This document shows, one piece after another, positions 22,247 through 31,118 of a DNA stretch of 32,000 nucleotides. Position 1 is the stretch's first letter; every line of letters starts with the position of its first letter. This DNA comes from Acaryochloris marina MBIC11017 (GTDB lineage Bacteria; Cyanobacteriota; Cyanobacteriia; Thermosynechococcales; Thermosynechococcaceae), in assembly GCF_000018105.1 (NCBI RefSeq), contig NC_009926.1, positions 330,001-362,000 of the forward strand, written 5' to 3'. A program made the translations under genes and the position numbers. The notes under the pieces are model-generated. The model had not been told where the DNA came from and did no database searches. It worked only from the letters and a program-made list of their open reading frames with translations.

Positions 22247-25078
22247 ATGACTATTGAAGCAAGATATGACATCGACCCCGACCTAACTGGAATCTCTCGT
22301 ATTACTGATGATTCTCCCATTCAGTTCCTATCGAATCGCCTCGATCATTGGAAGGGATTGAAACATTATCGATTTGACTTAACCGTTCGCAATTCTTACC
22401 AGTTTGCTACTGCACCTAATCATGATGGCAAGCACGGTGGTTCGCTAGAACTCACCAGATTTAATAAGAAGTGGACTAATCAGAAACAGGACTACTATCA
22501 GTATAAAACCCTCTTTGGTACTGATTCAAGAGACGTTATTTACGAAACCCAAGACTATAGATACTTAGGGGGTTGGGGTGAATACCTTGACGAAACATTG
22601 AAACCTGTTTCACAAAACATATACGGTGGTGGCGGTAATGACACCATTATTGCTCATGATTTGCAAGGTTATAGCGACAGCGTAAAGAGTTATTTAAACG
22701 GTGATCCAAGTAGTATTAATCAATTTCATGGTGAAGCTGGAAATGACATTTTGAAAGGTAACGCGTTCCAGAACCTCCTGTATGGAGGGACTGGCAACGA
22801 TACGCTAGATGGTGGCGGAGGCGATGATTTTCTCTCAGGCAATGAAGATAATGACAAACTATGGGGTGGAGATGGAGAAGATCAACTCTTTGGCGGAATA
22901 GGAAATGACATTCTGGTTGGTGGAGACGGATACGATGAAATAGACGCTGGTGATGGTGATGACACGATTTTTCTGGATGTTCCAATTGAGGGTAACAATA
23001 AGGGTGACTATGTAATTGGTGGAACAGGTGCTGACACCTTCGTCATTGGTGGCACGACAATGACTACTACTACTACCACCACCACCACCCCCTATGACTG
23101 GAAGGGGACAGGTTTAGGTGCCACTACTGATGTAATGGGTGCTGTCATTGATGGTACTGGTTTAGGTGTCGCCTCGAAAGTTACCAAAGGTGTTGTTGGT
23201 GCTGTTATTGATATTTTTAAGGGTGCTGAAAGCAAAAATGTTGAAACAACCACAGTGGAATCAGTACCTGGCAACATAGCAACAGGAAATTATATCCAAA
23301 TCACTGATTTTAATCCTAGAGAAGATGTCATTGTTATTCCTATAAGTGCTGAACTGTCTAATGTTGGGCGTACTATCACAGATGATAATTTGCGTACGCT
23401 AGAACTCTACTACAAAGACAGCGGGCGAGTTTTTGCCGAAATCAAGCTTGAAGAACTCTATAAACTTTACAACAACGACGAAGTTGCTCTGAATATCAAC
23501 AATCGTGATGAGTTGGAGAGCGTTTGGGAATCTGTTCTAGACAGCTCACTCTATCTTGGTACATATGATGCCAATGACTCTAGTCCCACCATTAAGTTAG
23601 GTACAACAACAGAAAACTTTAAAAATGCTGATGGCAGTCTTACCGAAATCAAAACCACTGTATCTGAGCTAGATGCTAACTACATGGTTATTGGCGCTTA
23701 TGCAGGAGCTAATATTCTTACTTCAGGTAAGGACGATGATCTCTGGGGAACTGACTATAATGACGTTCTCGTAGCCTATCCCACAGCTTCCAATAAAGAA
23801 CCTCAGCATAATGAGATCAATAAGCTATACGGTTTCAACGGGGATGACATTTTAGCTGGTGGTGCTGGTGCCGATTATTACTTTGGTGGTGACGGTACTG
23901 ATATTGTGTCTTATGCTGACGATAGATTTGACGATAACGATTCTAATGGCATCACAGTTAATCTTGCAGACTCGCTTGAAGGAAATAAAGAAGACTATGC
24001 CTACTTAGACCCTGAAAGTGAAAAAGCAATTTTTTCTTGGGCTTGGGATGTTTATGCAGATCCTCTGGACCCAGATCAGGCTGACAAGCTATTCAGTATT
24101 GAGGGCATTATTGGTTCCAAATGGGATGACAGTATTAAAGGAGATAAGTGGAACAACATATTCAATGGTGGTGACGGAAATGACACCCTAGAGGGTGGCG
24201 CCGGAAATGATACTCTCATTGGTGGTGAGGGTGAGGATACCCTAGAGGGTGGCGGCGGAAATGATACCCTCATTGGTGGTGCTGGTAGCGATACTCTAAT
24301 CGGCGATGTTGTTGCTGGTAACGATACTCTAATCGTCGATGCTGGTGCAGATACTTTTGTGTTAGATACCACTGAAGGTGGCATCGACACGATCAGAGGC
24401 TTTAGCCTTGCAGAAAATGATGTGCTCTTGATTGACAATAAGAGCCTAGGTACTAGTCATGCGAAAGCCCGGAACTTGAATGGAATGCTCTCCGCTACGG
24501 GCCTTAAGCTTCAGTTAGGCAACGTAGGAATTGCGACTATCGAAAACGTCGATAGCTCTAACGTTCATCGAGTGCTGGGTCGTGTCGAATTCACCACTAG
24601 CTCACACATCAACACACCACTTGGCCTCGGCGATGATTTGCTGGCAACAGGTGACGGCAATGATAGGCTCACGGGAGGATCGGGTGACGACCTTCTCAGT
24701 GGTGGTGCTGGAAATGACACTCTGCTAGGCGGCACGCACAAAGACCTTTTACTGGGTGGTCGTGGGGATGATTTACTCAACGGGGGCAAGGGCATTGACC
24801 GTCTCTATGGCGGCAGTGGTGCCGACACCTTCGTCATCAACAACACGGTATCAGGCCTCAATAAGAGAGCAGGCATCGATGTTATCCAAGACTTCAGTGT
24901 GGATGAATTCGATCACATTCAGATTGATGCTTCTGTCTTCGGTATTGGGATTAACGATCACCATTTAGTTCAGCTTGGCAATGACAGTTTCTTACGAGTG
25001 AACAACAGAAAAATTGCACAGCTTACCGGTGTGGATGTGAATACTTTCGTCACCGACGAACATGTTGACTTGGTCTAA
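22247..25078 (+). CDS. RTX (hemolysin-type calcium-binding repeat) protein, 943 aa, probably secreted or surface-located
   Basis: AAGGAG 7 nt upstream of the ATG at 22247. Three blocks of GGxGxDxL nonapeptides (for example GGAGNDTLIGGEGEDTLEGGGGNDTLIGGAGSDTLIG), a poly-Thr linker, and a C-terminal non-repeat region typical of T1SS substrates. Confidence 0.9.
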   Translation: MTIEARYDIDPDLTGISRITDDSPIQFLSNRLDHWKGLKHYRFDLTVRNSYQFATAPNHDGKHGGSLELTRFNKKWTNQKQDYYQYKTLFGTDSRDVIYETQDYRYLGGWGEYLDETLKPVSQNIYGGGGNDTIIAHDLQGYSDSVKSYLNGDPSSINQFHGEAGNDILKGNAFQNLLYGGTGNDTLDGGGGDDFLSGNEDNDKLWGGDGEDQLFGGIGNDILVGGDGYDEIDAGDGDDTIFLDVPIEGNNKGDYVIGGTGADTFVIGGTTMTTTTTTTTTPYDWKGTGLGATTDVMGAVIDGTGLGVASKVTKGVVGAVIDIFKGAESKNVETTTVESVPGNIATGNYIQITDFNPREDVIVIPISAELSNVGRTITDDNLRTLELYYKDSGRVFAEIKLEELYKLYNNDEVALNINNRDELESVWESVLDSSLYLGTYDANDSSPTIKLGTTTENFKNADGSLTEIKTTVSELDANYMVIGAYAGANILTSGKDDDLWGTDYNDVLVAYPTASNKEPQHNEINKLYGFNGDDILAGGAGADYYFGGDGTDIVSYADDRFDDNDSNGITVNLADSLEGNKEDYAYLDPESEKAIFSWAWDVYADPLDPDQADKLFSIEGIIGSKWDDSIKGDKWNNIFNGGDGNDTLEGGAGNDTLIGGEGEDTLEGGGGNDTLIGGAGSDTLIGDVVAGNDTLIVDAGADTFVLDTTEGGIDTIRGFSLAENDVLLIDNKSLGTSHAKARNLNGMLSATGLKLQLGNVGIATIENVDSSNVHRVLGRVEFTTSSHINTPLGLGDDLLATGDGNDRLTGGSGDDLLSGGAGNDTLLGGTHKDLLLGGRGDDLLNGGKGIDRLYGGSGADTFVINNTVSGLNKRAGIDVIQDFSVDEFDHIQIDASVFGIGINDHHLVQLGNDSFLRVNNRKIAQLTGVDVNTFVTDEHVDLV

Positions 25079-25178
25079 TCCCAAGGGAGCGGGTGGGTGT
25101 TGACCACCGCATTGGAAACGCAATATACCAGGCAGTACCCACTAATTGTTTGAATGTTCATTCCCTAGCAATGACTGT

Positions 25179-25216
25179 ATAAAAAGAGCGATCACGGTTG
25201 GCCAAACTGTGATCGC
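25179..25216 (-). terminator. terminator of the 25227-26087 gene
   Basis: gcgatcac-N13-gtgatcgc. On the minus strand it is followed by tcttttta. It lies 11 nt after the stop codon. Confidence 0.55.
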
Positions 25217-25226
25217 ATTCCCAGTA

Positions 25227-26087
25227 TCACCCCGCGTCTTCCTTCCCGTTATTGCCTCTACTGACATTCCAGAAGAAAGTGGCACGTCTCAAGCCAATGA
25301 CACCCGCTCCACAACAAGCGAGCACTAGCGAACCGTGATGAAGAGCATCATTGGCATCGGGCTTATGGATAAGAGCTTCAGACAAGATGTAATAGGCGTC
25401 GAGTCTTGCTTGAGCATAGGTTTTGGTTGTTGTGACACAGGCCAGCTTGCTTTTTAAGTAGCAGTATTTATGGTTTATCCAGAATATATTTGGATTGGGA
25501 GGCACCTTAGTAACTTTTCCTGACGCCACTTCCTCAATCACAGGCATTTGACATCCTCCATTACTTGGGTTCGCAACCAAGGATCCTTTTGGGGTGTTGA
25601 CGTATCTTTCGTAATTGTCTAATCCGTGAAGCGTCATGGCATGAACTTCAAGGGCCAAACCAGGCTTATACCGTCGGTGGTTAATACCTGCCATTAATTC
25701 AGGGTTTAACAGGCAATCTGCAAGGTCGGTGTAGGTCTCTTCATCTGAGAAAAACAGATGCTTCCAATTCCAAACGTCGTAAAGATCTATCTCGTCTAGT
25801 TCTGTTTCTGGGTCCACATTTGGCTGATGTGTTGCACCATAATACTTCTGCAATAGGTAGCAAACATGCTCTGAAAATATGGCTTCTTCTAGGTTTGGGA
25901 AGTCTTGAATTGCATTACGTCCGTATTCCCATGCGTCCCAATGGATTGAAAGGATATGCAAAATGGATTCAACTAAATCAAGCTTAGTGCCGGGGAATGT
26001 AATGTTTGTTTCTGTTGGCTTATTAATGCGAGGGCCAAAAGTAATCCAGTAAACGGGGTTGCCCACGGGAGTAACTGCGGTTTTCAT
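25227..26087 (-). CDS. hypothetical protein (286 aa)
   Basis: Long clean ORF. I recognised no family. Confidence 0.6.
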   Translation of the reverse strand: MKTAVTPVGNPVYWITFGPRINKPTETNITFPGTKLDLVESILHILSIHWDAWEYGRNAIQDFPNLEEAIFSEHVCYLLQKYYGATHQPNVDPETELDEIDLYDVWNWKHLFFSDEETYTDLADCLLNPELMAGINHRRYKPGLALEVHAMTLHGLDNYERYVNTPKGSLVANPSNGGCQMPVIEEVASGKVTKVPPNPNIFWINHKYCYLKSKLACVTTTKTYAQARLDAYYILSEALIHKPDANDALHHGSLVLACCGAGVIGLRRATFFWNVSRGNNGKEDAG

Positions 26088-26195
26088 CGCTATTTCCTCA
26101 ATTGATTGATAGGTATGAAGTTGAGAATCTGGCTAGGTAATACAGATTCCGCGCGGATACTGAAAGTAGTGAGAGTTCAATCTTCCGTAGCTTTG

Positions 26196-26405
26196 CTAGT
26201 ACCGCTGGACAATACCCACCCGTATACTCAAAGCCGTCTCAGACTCAGGTGGTATCAGCGGATTGAACTCACTTAACCAGGACGCAACCCGGTCTAGGAT
26301 CTGATCTGATGGCAGTCCTGTGCATGGGTCTGGGTGCTGACCGTAGTCGGTCTGGTGGTAGATCCAGGCTTGCTCGATATAGCCGATAAAGGGGTTAGTC
26401 GTCAT
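26196..26405 (-). CDS. hypothetical protein (69 aa)
   Basis: ORF co-oriented with 25227-26087 and 108 nt upstream of it. Confidence 0.5.
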   Translation of the reverse strand: MTTNPFIGYIEQAWIYHQTDYGQHPDPCTGLPSDQILDRVASWLSEFNPLIPPESETALSIRVGIVQRY

Positions 26406-26548
26406 TGGGGATCCTCGTTATAATTAAATGAAAGGATTTATTTACGACCTCCTGGGCTGGGAAGATCAAGGAGGTCGTTTTATTGTGGTTGGGTGGGAAG
26501 TCTGGGAGGTGGTATTGGGGATGCGATCGCGTTTACACACCGATCCAC

Positions 26549-26711
26549 TCAAATATCTTTCTGCTCATCTGTGATTACATGGGGCAAGAAAGAAATGGAA
26601 GTTAGCTGTACTCCAATCCTGCCTGGCTTTTCAGATGAAAATTGCTTCAAGGCTTTTGTCTCCTCAGCAGCAAGAAAAGCATCTAGGGCTGTTTTGGAAG
26701 ACAAGGCGAAA
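26549..26711 (-). pseudogene. 3' part of a small gene split by the IS element
   Basis: Frame FALSSKTALDAFLAAEETKALKQF...DEQKDI* joins in frame with 28072-28175 once the IS is removed. Confidence 0.6.
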
Positions 26712-28071
26712 TAGCTAGGAGAGTGTTTAGATTTTTGTGTAAGCAGCAGTGTATTCAATAGTTGAATCGTGTTGGGAACAGAATAGCAAAATGGGACAGC
26801 GCCGCTTTCCAATTCAGAATTGGTCTGGTCCATCGCTTCGAAATATTCCTCATCGCTAGAAACATCAATTTGTAGACAGACTCTTCATTAGGGAAAACCG
26901 CTTTGGTCTTAATCACCTTTCTCAGTGAGCGGTTGAGCGACTCAATGGCATTGGTGGTGTAGATAACCTTACGGATGGCCATTGGGTATTGAAACAACGG
27001 GGCAACATTATCCCAATGTCGTATCCAGATTTGGCTAATGCCAGGATACGTCTCGTCCCATTTATGGGCAAATGCATCCAACGCAGCCTCAGACTCTTCC
27101 AAAGTGGCCGCTTGGTAAATGGGCTTGAGGTCTGCAGCTACGGCTCGACTTTCCTTCCACGGCACATGGCGAAGGCTATTACGAATAAGATGGACAATAC
27201 AAACCTGCACCTGGGTCTGAGGGTAGACCGACTCAATCGCTTGAGGAAAACCTTTGAGTCCATCACAGCAAGCAATCAAGATATCCTGAGTTCCTCGATT
27301 TTTAAGGTCTGTGAGCACCGAAAGCCAGAATTTTGCTCCCTCTCGTTCAGCGGCTCCTATCCATAATCCCAACAGTTCCTTGTTGCCCTCCACAGTCACT
27401 GCCAAAGCGACATAGACAGCTCGCTTGCTGACTTGACCATTGACTTTGATGTTCACATACAGCGCATCAAGATAGACAATCGGATACACCTCATCCAGCG
27501 GCCTTGAACGCCAGTCTTTGACCTCTTCCATGACGCTATTGGTGACGTCACTAATCAGAGCTTCAGAGATATTGGCCCCATACAGCTCCACCAATTGGGC
27601 TCGAATATCACGGGTGGTCATGCCCCGAGCATATAAGGCGATGATTTTCTCATCGAGCCCTGCGATGCGTCGCTGGCCTTTAGGCACCAGGACAGGCTCA
27701 AACTCGCCGCAACGGTCACGAGGAATCGATAGGTCCATCTCTCCTTGTTCAGACTGGACGGTCTTTTTCGAGTAACCATTGCGACTATTTCTGGGGCCAT
27801 TAGAATTCTCATCACCTGACTGATCGTTGGAGGATTGCTGCAGGTGATGAGTCAATTCACCTGCAAGGGCTCGTTCCACTAGGCGTTTGCTGAGTCGTTT
27901 AAGCAGTCCTGATTCGCCCAGAATATCTTCCGGTTGAGGGTTCTCTCCGATGAGTTCATCTAACAGTTCATCGACTCGATTGGGAGCTTTTTTCTTTCTA
28001 GACATCGTACGGTCTCCTGATGTGTTTGGATCCTAGACCGCTTACACAAAACTCTGAACAGTCCCTAGCTA
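26712..28071 (-). mobile_element. IS256-family insertion sequence (1360 bp)
   Basis: Imperfect terminal inverted repeats of about 32 bp: tagctaggagagtgtttagatttttgtgtaagc (26712-26744) against the reverse complement of 28040-28071, about 29 of 33 matched. They enclose a single transposase gene. Confidence 0.85.
26755..28005 (-). CDS. IS256-family (mutator-type) transposase
   Basis: 416 aa. N-terminal LLDELIG..DILGESGLLKRLSKRLVERALAGELTHHL, and later VYLDALYVNIK, IACCDGLKGF, VQVCIVHLIRNS and TTNAIESLNRSLRKV are typical of Transposase_mut. Confidence 0.9.
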   Translation of the reverse strand: MSRKKKAPNRVDELLDELIGENPQPEDILGESGLLKRLSKRLVERALAGELTHHLQQSSNDQSGDENSNGPRNSRNGYSKKTVQSEQGEMDLSIPRDRCGEFEPVLVPKGQRRIAGLDEKIIALYARGMTTRDIRAQLVELYGANISEALISDVTNSVMEEVKDWRSRPLDEVYPIVYLDALYVNIKVNGQVSKRAVYVALAVTVEGNKELLGLWIGAAEREGAKFWLSVLTDLKNRGTQDILIACCDGLKGFPQAIESVYPQTQVQVCIVHLIRNSLRHVPWKESRAVAADLKPIYQAATLEESEAALDAFAHKWDETYPGISQIWIRHWDNVAPLFQYPMAIRKVIYTTNAIESLNRSLRKVIKTKAVFPNEESVYKLMFLAMRNISKRWTRPILNWKAALSHFAILFPTRFNY

Positions 28072-28175
28072 GCCTCATCTTCCAGAGCCATCGTTGCCGT
28101 CGTAGGCATGAAATAGACTTGGCCTGTGTCGTAATCTTTGACCTGGTAAATTAGCGCTGCGATAAAGTGTTTCAT
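28072..28175 (-). pseudogene. 5' part of the small gene split by the IS element
   Basis: ATG at 28175. MKHFIAALIYQVKDYDTGQVYFMPTTATMALEDE, then the IS boundary. Confidence 0.6.
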
Positions 28176-28227
28176 TCTTCAGTTGTCGCTCTAATGATGA
28201 GATCAGACTTGGGTCTGGCCTGATGAA

Positions 28228-28545
28228 TTACTCAGGAGCGGAACTTGAGGACTCCTTCACCCGAGCCTGATCCTGGGTTGCAGCCTGGGTAACTTCGGGG
28301 ATATCCCAAGAGGTTTTTAAGTACAGGCCGGGGATGTCCTTGAATGCTGTCTGAAGTCGATTCATACAATCTCTTGCTCTTTCCTCAGATATAAATGCAT
28401 TGCATCTTGTGACTTCAAAGGCAAAGACAACTTGAGGGGAAGATTTTTGGAAGGGGAGCCAATAATAGCTTCGGGTGCCCAGACCTCCTCCTGTTGGGAG
28501 GATGTGATTTGCGCTTGATTGAAAAGTGTGAATCATGAGAATCAC
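28228..28545 (-). CDS. hypothetical protein (105 aa)
   Basis: ORF only. Confidence 0.45.
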   Translation of the reverse strand: MILMIHTFQSSANHILPTGGGLGTRSYYWLPFQKSSPQVVFAFEVTRCNAFISEERARDCMNRLQTAFKDIPGLYLKTSWDIPEVTQAATQDQARVKESSSSAPE

Positions 28546-28796
28546 CTCAATTGTTCGTCAGTTGATCAGCGGAATCCTTCAGGTGTTTTGTCCTCAGCAC
28601 ATCCGTCTGAACCATCGGAGGGGCGGTCTGTGCGGAACTGGAATTGAGTACGAGTGTTTTACAAAATTGCGCGGGTAATCGCTTCCTGGTCTAGCGGGTT
28701 GCACCAGGGCAAAGGGGAAGCTTGGTAATTGTCGTTGGTATTGTTTTGCGATCGCAAAATGGCATCACCCTCAATCAATGAGTTGGGAAGGGGCAA

Positions 28797-28809
28797 ATAA
28801 TATGCCACC
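28797..28809 (+). repeat. isolated copy of the iteron core (ATAATATGCCACC)
   Basis: Exact match to the core of array copy 1, in the same orientation. Confidence 0.6.
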
Positions 28810-28834
28810 CTCCCTTGAAATAGGCAAGTAGGAA

Positions 28835-29350
28835 TTACAGATCCCCCCGAATCTCTTCAATGACACCATCCCGCAGTACCATCTCGACCTGCATCTTGCG
28901 AATAAAGTGGTCGCCTTGCTTGACGTAAAAGTAGCTATCTACCTGGCCTTGTTCAACTTCCTCGCCCAGCTCCAATGTTCCGACCTTCTCCAGTTGCTGC
29001 AAGACTTGAGCTTTTTGCTGGAGCAGTTCGTTTTTGCGTTTTTCAGCTTGCACCTGGATGCCTTGGATCTGGTTCTGGGTTTCGGCAATAGTGCGGCCCT
29101 CTCCCCCAGTACTCTGAATGGTGTGCTGGCTCAGTTCACTCACCATCTGCTGGACTTGGGTATCGAGCTGAGCTAATTGCTCATCCAACTGATCAACTTG
29201 GGACTGGAGAAGTTGCTGTGCCTCGTCTTTCCATATAGGAGTGACGATGGCCTTGATGGTGATCGGACGATTGAGTAAGAGCTGATTAGATGATGGAGAC
29301 TCAACCCAAAGTTCTGGTTTGGGCTGGGTGGGACGGTCTTGAATAAGCAT
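28835..29350 (-). CDS. YlqD-like protein with a long Gln-rich coiled coil
   Basis: ITIKAIVTPIWKDEAQQ near the N-terminus and a C-terminal VLRDGVIEEIR resemble the YlqD family as I remember it. Confidence 0.55.
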   Translation of the reverse strand: MLIQDRPTQPKPELWVESPSSNQLLLNRPITIKAIVTPIWKDEAQQLLQSQVDQLDEQLAQLDTQVQQMVSELSQHTIQSTGGEGRTIAETQNQIQGIQVQAEKRKNELLQQKAQVLQQLEKVGTLELGEEVEQGQVDSYFYVKQGDHFIRKMQVEMVLRDGVIEEIRGDL

Positions 29351-29380
29351 GATTGCTCTCCTTAATTAGATGGTTTTGAA

Positions 29381-29564
29381 GGTGACGGATAATATGCCAC
29401 CGTTAATTTGCTAGTTGGCGGTGACGGATAATGTGCCACCAGCTTTATTCGCTCCAGTCGGAGGTGCCAGGTAATGTGCCACCGCTCTGATTTGCTTAGT
29501 TGGAAGTGACCGATAATCTGCCACCTTCCGAATTTGGCTGTGCGGTGACGGGTAATATGCCACT
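29381..29564 (+). repeat. array of five direct 21-bp iteron-like repeats with 39-43 bp phasing
   Basis: ggtgacggataatatgccacc (29381), ggtgacggataatgtgccacc (29420), ggtgccaggtaatgtgccacc (29463), agtgaccgataatctgccacc (29505), ggtgacgggtaatatgccact (29544). The spacers are also related (ttaatttgct / ctgatttgct / cgaatttggct). Confidence 0.85.
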
Positions 29565-29816
29565 CTTGTTATTTGCCGATGATGGGGCGATGGTCCCCCG
29601 CAGCCACCAGCCACCAGCCCCAGCGATGAGGGCGACTAGCACGACGAGCCAACCCCAATAGCTGAAATCGCCAAGCACGGCCATGCGGTAGTCATGTTCT
29701 CTTTGTTGTTTGGCTGCTTTGCGGATGGCTTCTTGGTCTGCGAGGATCATGGCCCGTTCACGGATGGCGATGGCCTCTTTCGACTGCATCGCCCACACCT
29801 GAAATTGGGTGTTCAT
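29496..29816 (-). CDS. hypothetical membrane protein; the 3' end reads into the repeat array
   Basis: TM helix YWGWLVVLVALIAGAGGWWL. Start taken at the ATG at 29816. The last 23 or so codons are translated repeat sequence, so the true end is uncertain. Confidence 0.4.
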   Translation of the reverse strand: MNTQFQVWAMQSKEAIAIRERAMILADQEAIRKAAKQQREHDYRMAVLGDFSYWGWLVVLVALIAGAGGWWLRGTIAPSSANNKSGILPVTAQPNSEGGRLSVTSN

Positions 29817-29839
29817 CAGCTCCAACAAGATTTGACGTT

Positions 29840-30475
29840 CTAAACTTCCCGGACCTCGGCCTCCAAACACTTTCCCGGCACCGTCTCGCCTTCAAGAGCT
29901 TCTTGGGCTTCCTCTTTCGCCCATTCTTCGGCAAACATCTTCTTCAAGTCACGACTCAGCTGCTGCATATGGTACTTATGCGCGGCTTGCACCACCCGCT
30001 CTGAAGTCTTCCGGGCATTCTTGACGACTCGGCGGCAGGTTCGCAGTGAGTCAGCTTTTAAAGCTAACTTCATATCCTCGTCAACCTCCTCCACATCATC
30101 AATGGTTACTTCCTCCTCGGGTTCTTCGGTGCCCTGTAATTCAGCTTTGACCGCATCAACGGGGTCCATGCTTTCCTCAGAAACCCGCTCACAGACCAAT
30201 GTGAACAGCGGGTGGTACAGGTCATTGCCCGTCTCAATCCCCTCAGCAGTAATGGCCTTGTGGATAGGCTTAAGGTCAACTTGATGGGTGTCAGCGGTGT
30301 AGATGCACCAGGCATGGGTGTAGTTATCAGCCGATTTCTCCTCTCTCAGCTTCACGACACCTTGCAGAGTTTCCAGGTCATAGCCGTCTTCACTCATTCC
30401 GCAGGCTCTCAGTAGATGACCGACTTGCTTGTCATCCATGCCGAGGGTTTGCATTAGATCATTCATAATAGTCAT
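29840..30475 (-). CDS. hypothetical acidic protein (211 aa)
   Basis: GGAG 10 nt upstream of the ATG at 30475 (MTIMNDLMQTLG...). The region upstream of this start carries three iteron cores and looks non-coding. Confidence 0.55.
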   Translation of the reverse strand: MTIMNDLMQTLGMDDKQVGHLLRACGMSEDGYDLETLQGVVKLREEKSADNYTHAWCIYTADTHQVDLKPIHKAITAEGIETGNDLYHPLFTLVCERVSEESMDPVDAVKAELQGTEEPEEEVTIDDVEEVDEDMKLALKADSLRTCRRVVKNARKTSERVVQAAHKYHMQQLSRDLKKMFAEEWAKEEAQEALEGETVPGKCLEAEVREV

Positions 30476-30503
30476 TCGTTTATTTCTCCAAATGTTGAAC
30501 TGT

Positions 30504-30641
30504 GGGAATGTACCACCGGGGGTTTTGAGAGTGGTGGAGTGAGGGGACATGGAAATATGCCCCCTCTTCCTGCTGAGGTCAGTCGTCCATAACGAACTCC
30601 TCGAATCTCGTCTGTGAATCATCCCAAGGGAATATGCCACC
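30504..30641 (+). repeat. three dispersed iteron-core copies
   Basis: gggaatgtaccacc (30504-30517), ggaaatatgccccc (30551-30564) and gggaatatgccacc (30628-30641), all in the same orientation as the array. Confidence 0.55.
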
Positions 30642-30680
30642 AGCATTTTTTCGGTACTGGCATGAGCCTTCCTAATCGAA

Positions 30681-31118
30681 TTAGTCATCCTCCTTCAACC
30701 CTGCATAGATACTTATTGCAGGGCTATCAGAATCTACCGCCGGGGGTTCCTCTTCTTCTCTTGGAGGTTCATAAGGCTCAGGGGGCGGCTGTACAGTCTC
30801 AGGTTCTACGACCATTGGGGCGGCTGTGGATGGAGCTGGTGAGGGTGGCGTCAATTCAGGAGAATCCCCATCAGCAGTAACCATAATCAATGCCAGTTCG
30901 TAAAACGTCTCAACCTGATCTCTTGAAATCAGGATGGCCTTGCGAACCTCAGCTACGGAATTGGTTCGAAGGGCAACAACCACTGGCTTAAAGACGGCAT
31001 AGAGAATCGTCACGCACTTAGTCGCAAACGTTCCGTAGAAGTGTTGCTTGGATGCTTGCAAGATTTCCTTATACTCTGCATTAGGGTATACAGCATCTAC
31101 TTTTAATCGCTCAGGCAT
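30681..31118 (-). CDS. hypothetical protein in the ParR position (adaptor candidate) with a Pro/Glu-rich tail
   Basis: Its ATG overlaps the upstream stop (TAATG). The C-terminus is SPELTPPSPAPSTAAP...PPPEPYEPPREEEEPP. I saw no ribbon-helix-helix motif I could verify. Confidence 0.45.
   Translation of the reverse strand: MPERLKVDAVYPNAEYKEILQASKQHFYGTFATKCVTILYAVFKPVVVALRTNSVAEVRKAILISRDQVETFYELALIMVTADGDSPELTPPSPAPSTAAPMVVEPETVQPPPEPYEPPREEEEPPAVDSDSPAISIYAGLKEDD

Noticed and set aside
22716-24795. Several antisense or alternate-frame ORFs inside the RTX gene (22716-22985, 23092-23277, 24076-24438, 24565-24795, 24531-24728, 24756-24968)
   Set aside because: They are Pro/Ser/Val-rich mirror readings of GGxGxD repeat DNA, and all are nested in a much longer, motif-supported ORF.
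29381-29564. Possible CRISPR array, given regularly spaced direct repeats
   Set aside because: The repeats are only 21 bp with spacers of about 20 bp. The spacers are related to each other, the copies are degenerate, and no cas genes are nearby. It fits iterons or a centromere, not CRISPR.
30476-30688. N-terminal 71-codon extension of ORF 29840..30688, whose ATG at 30688 overlaps the upstream stop
   Set aside because: The extension is basic and low-complexity and contains three iteron cores. Its GGAGG directly abuts the ATG with no spacer. The internal ATG at 30475 has a properly spaced GGAG.
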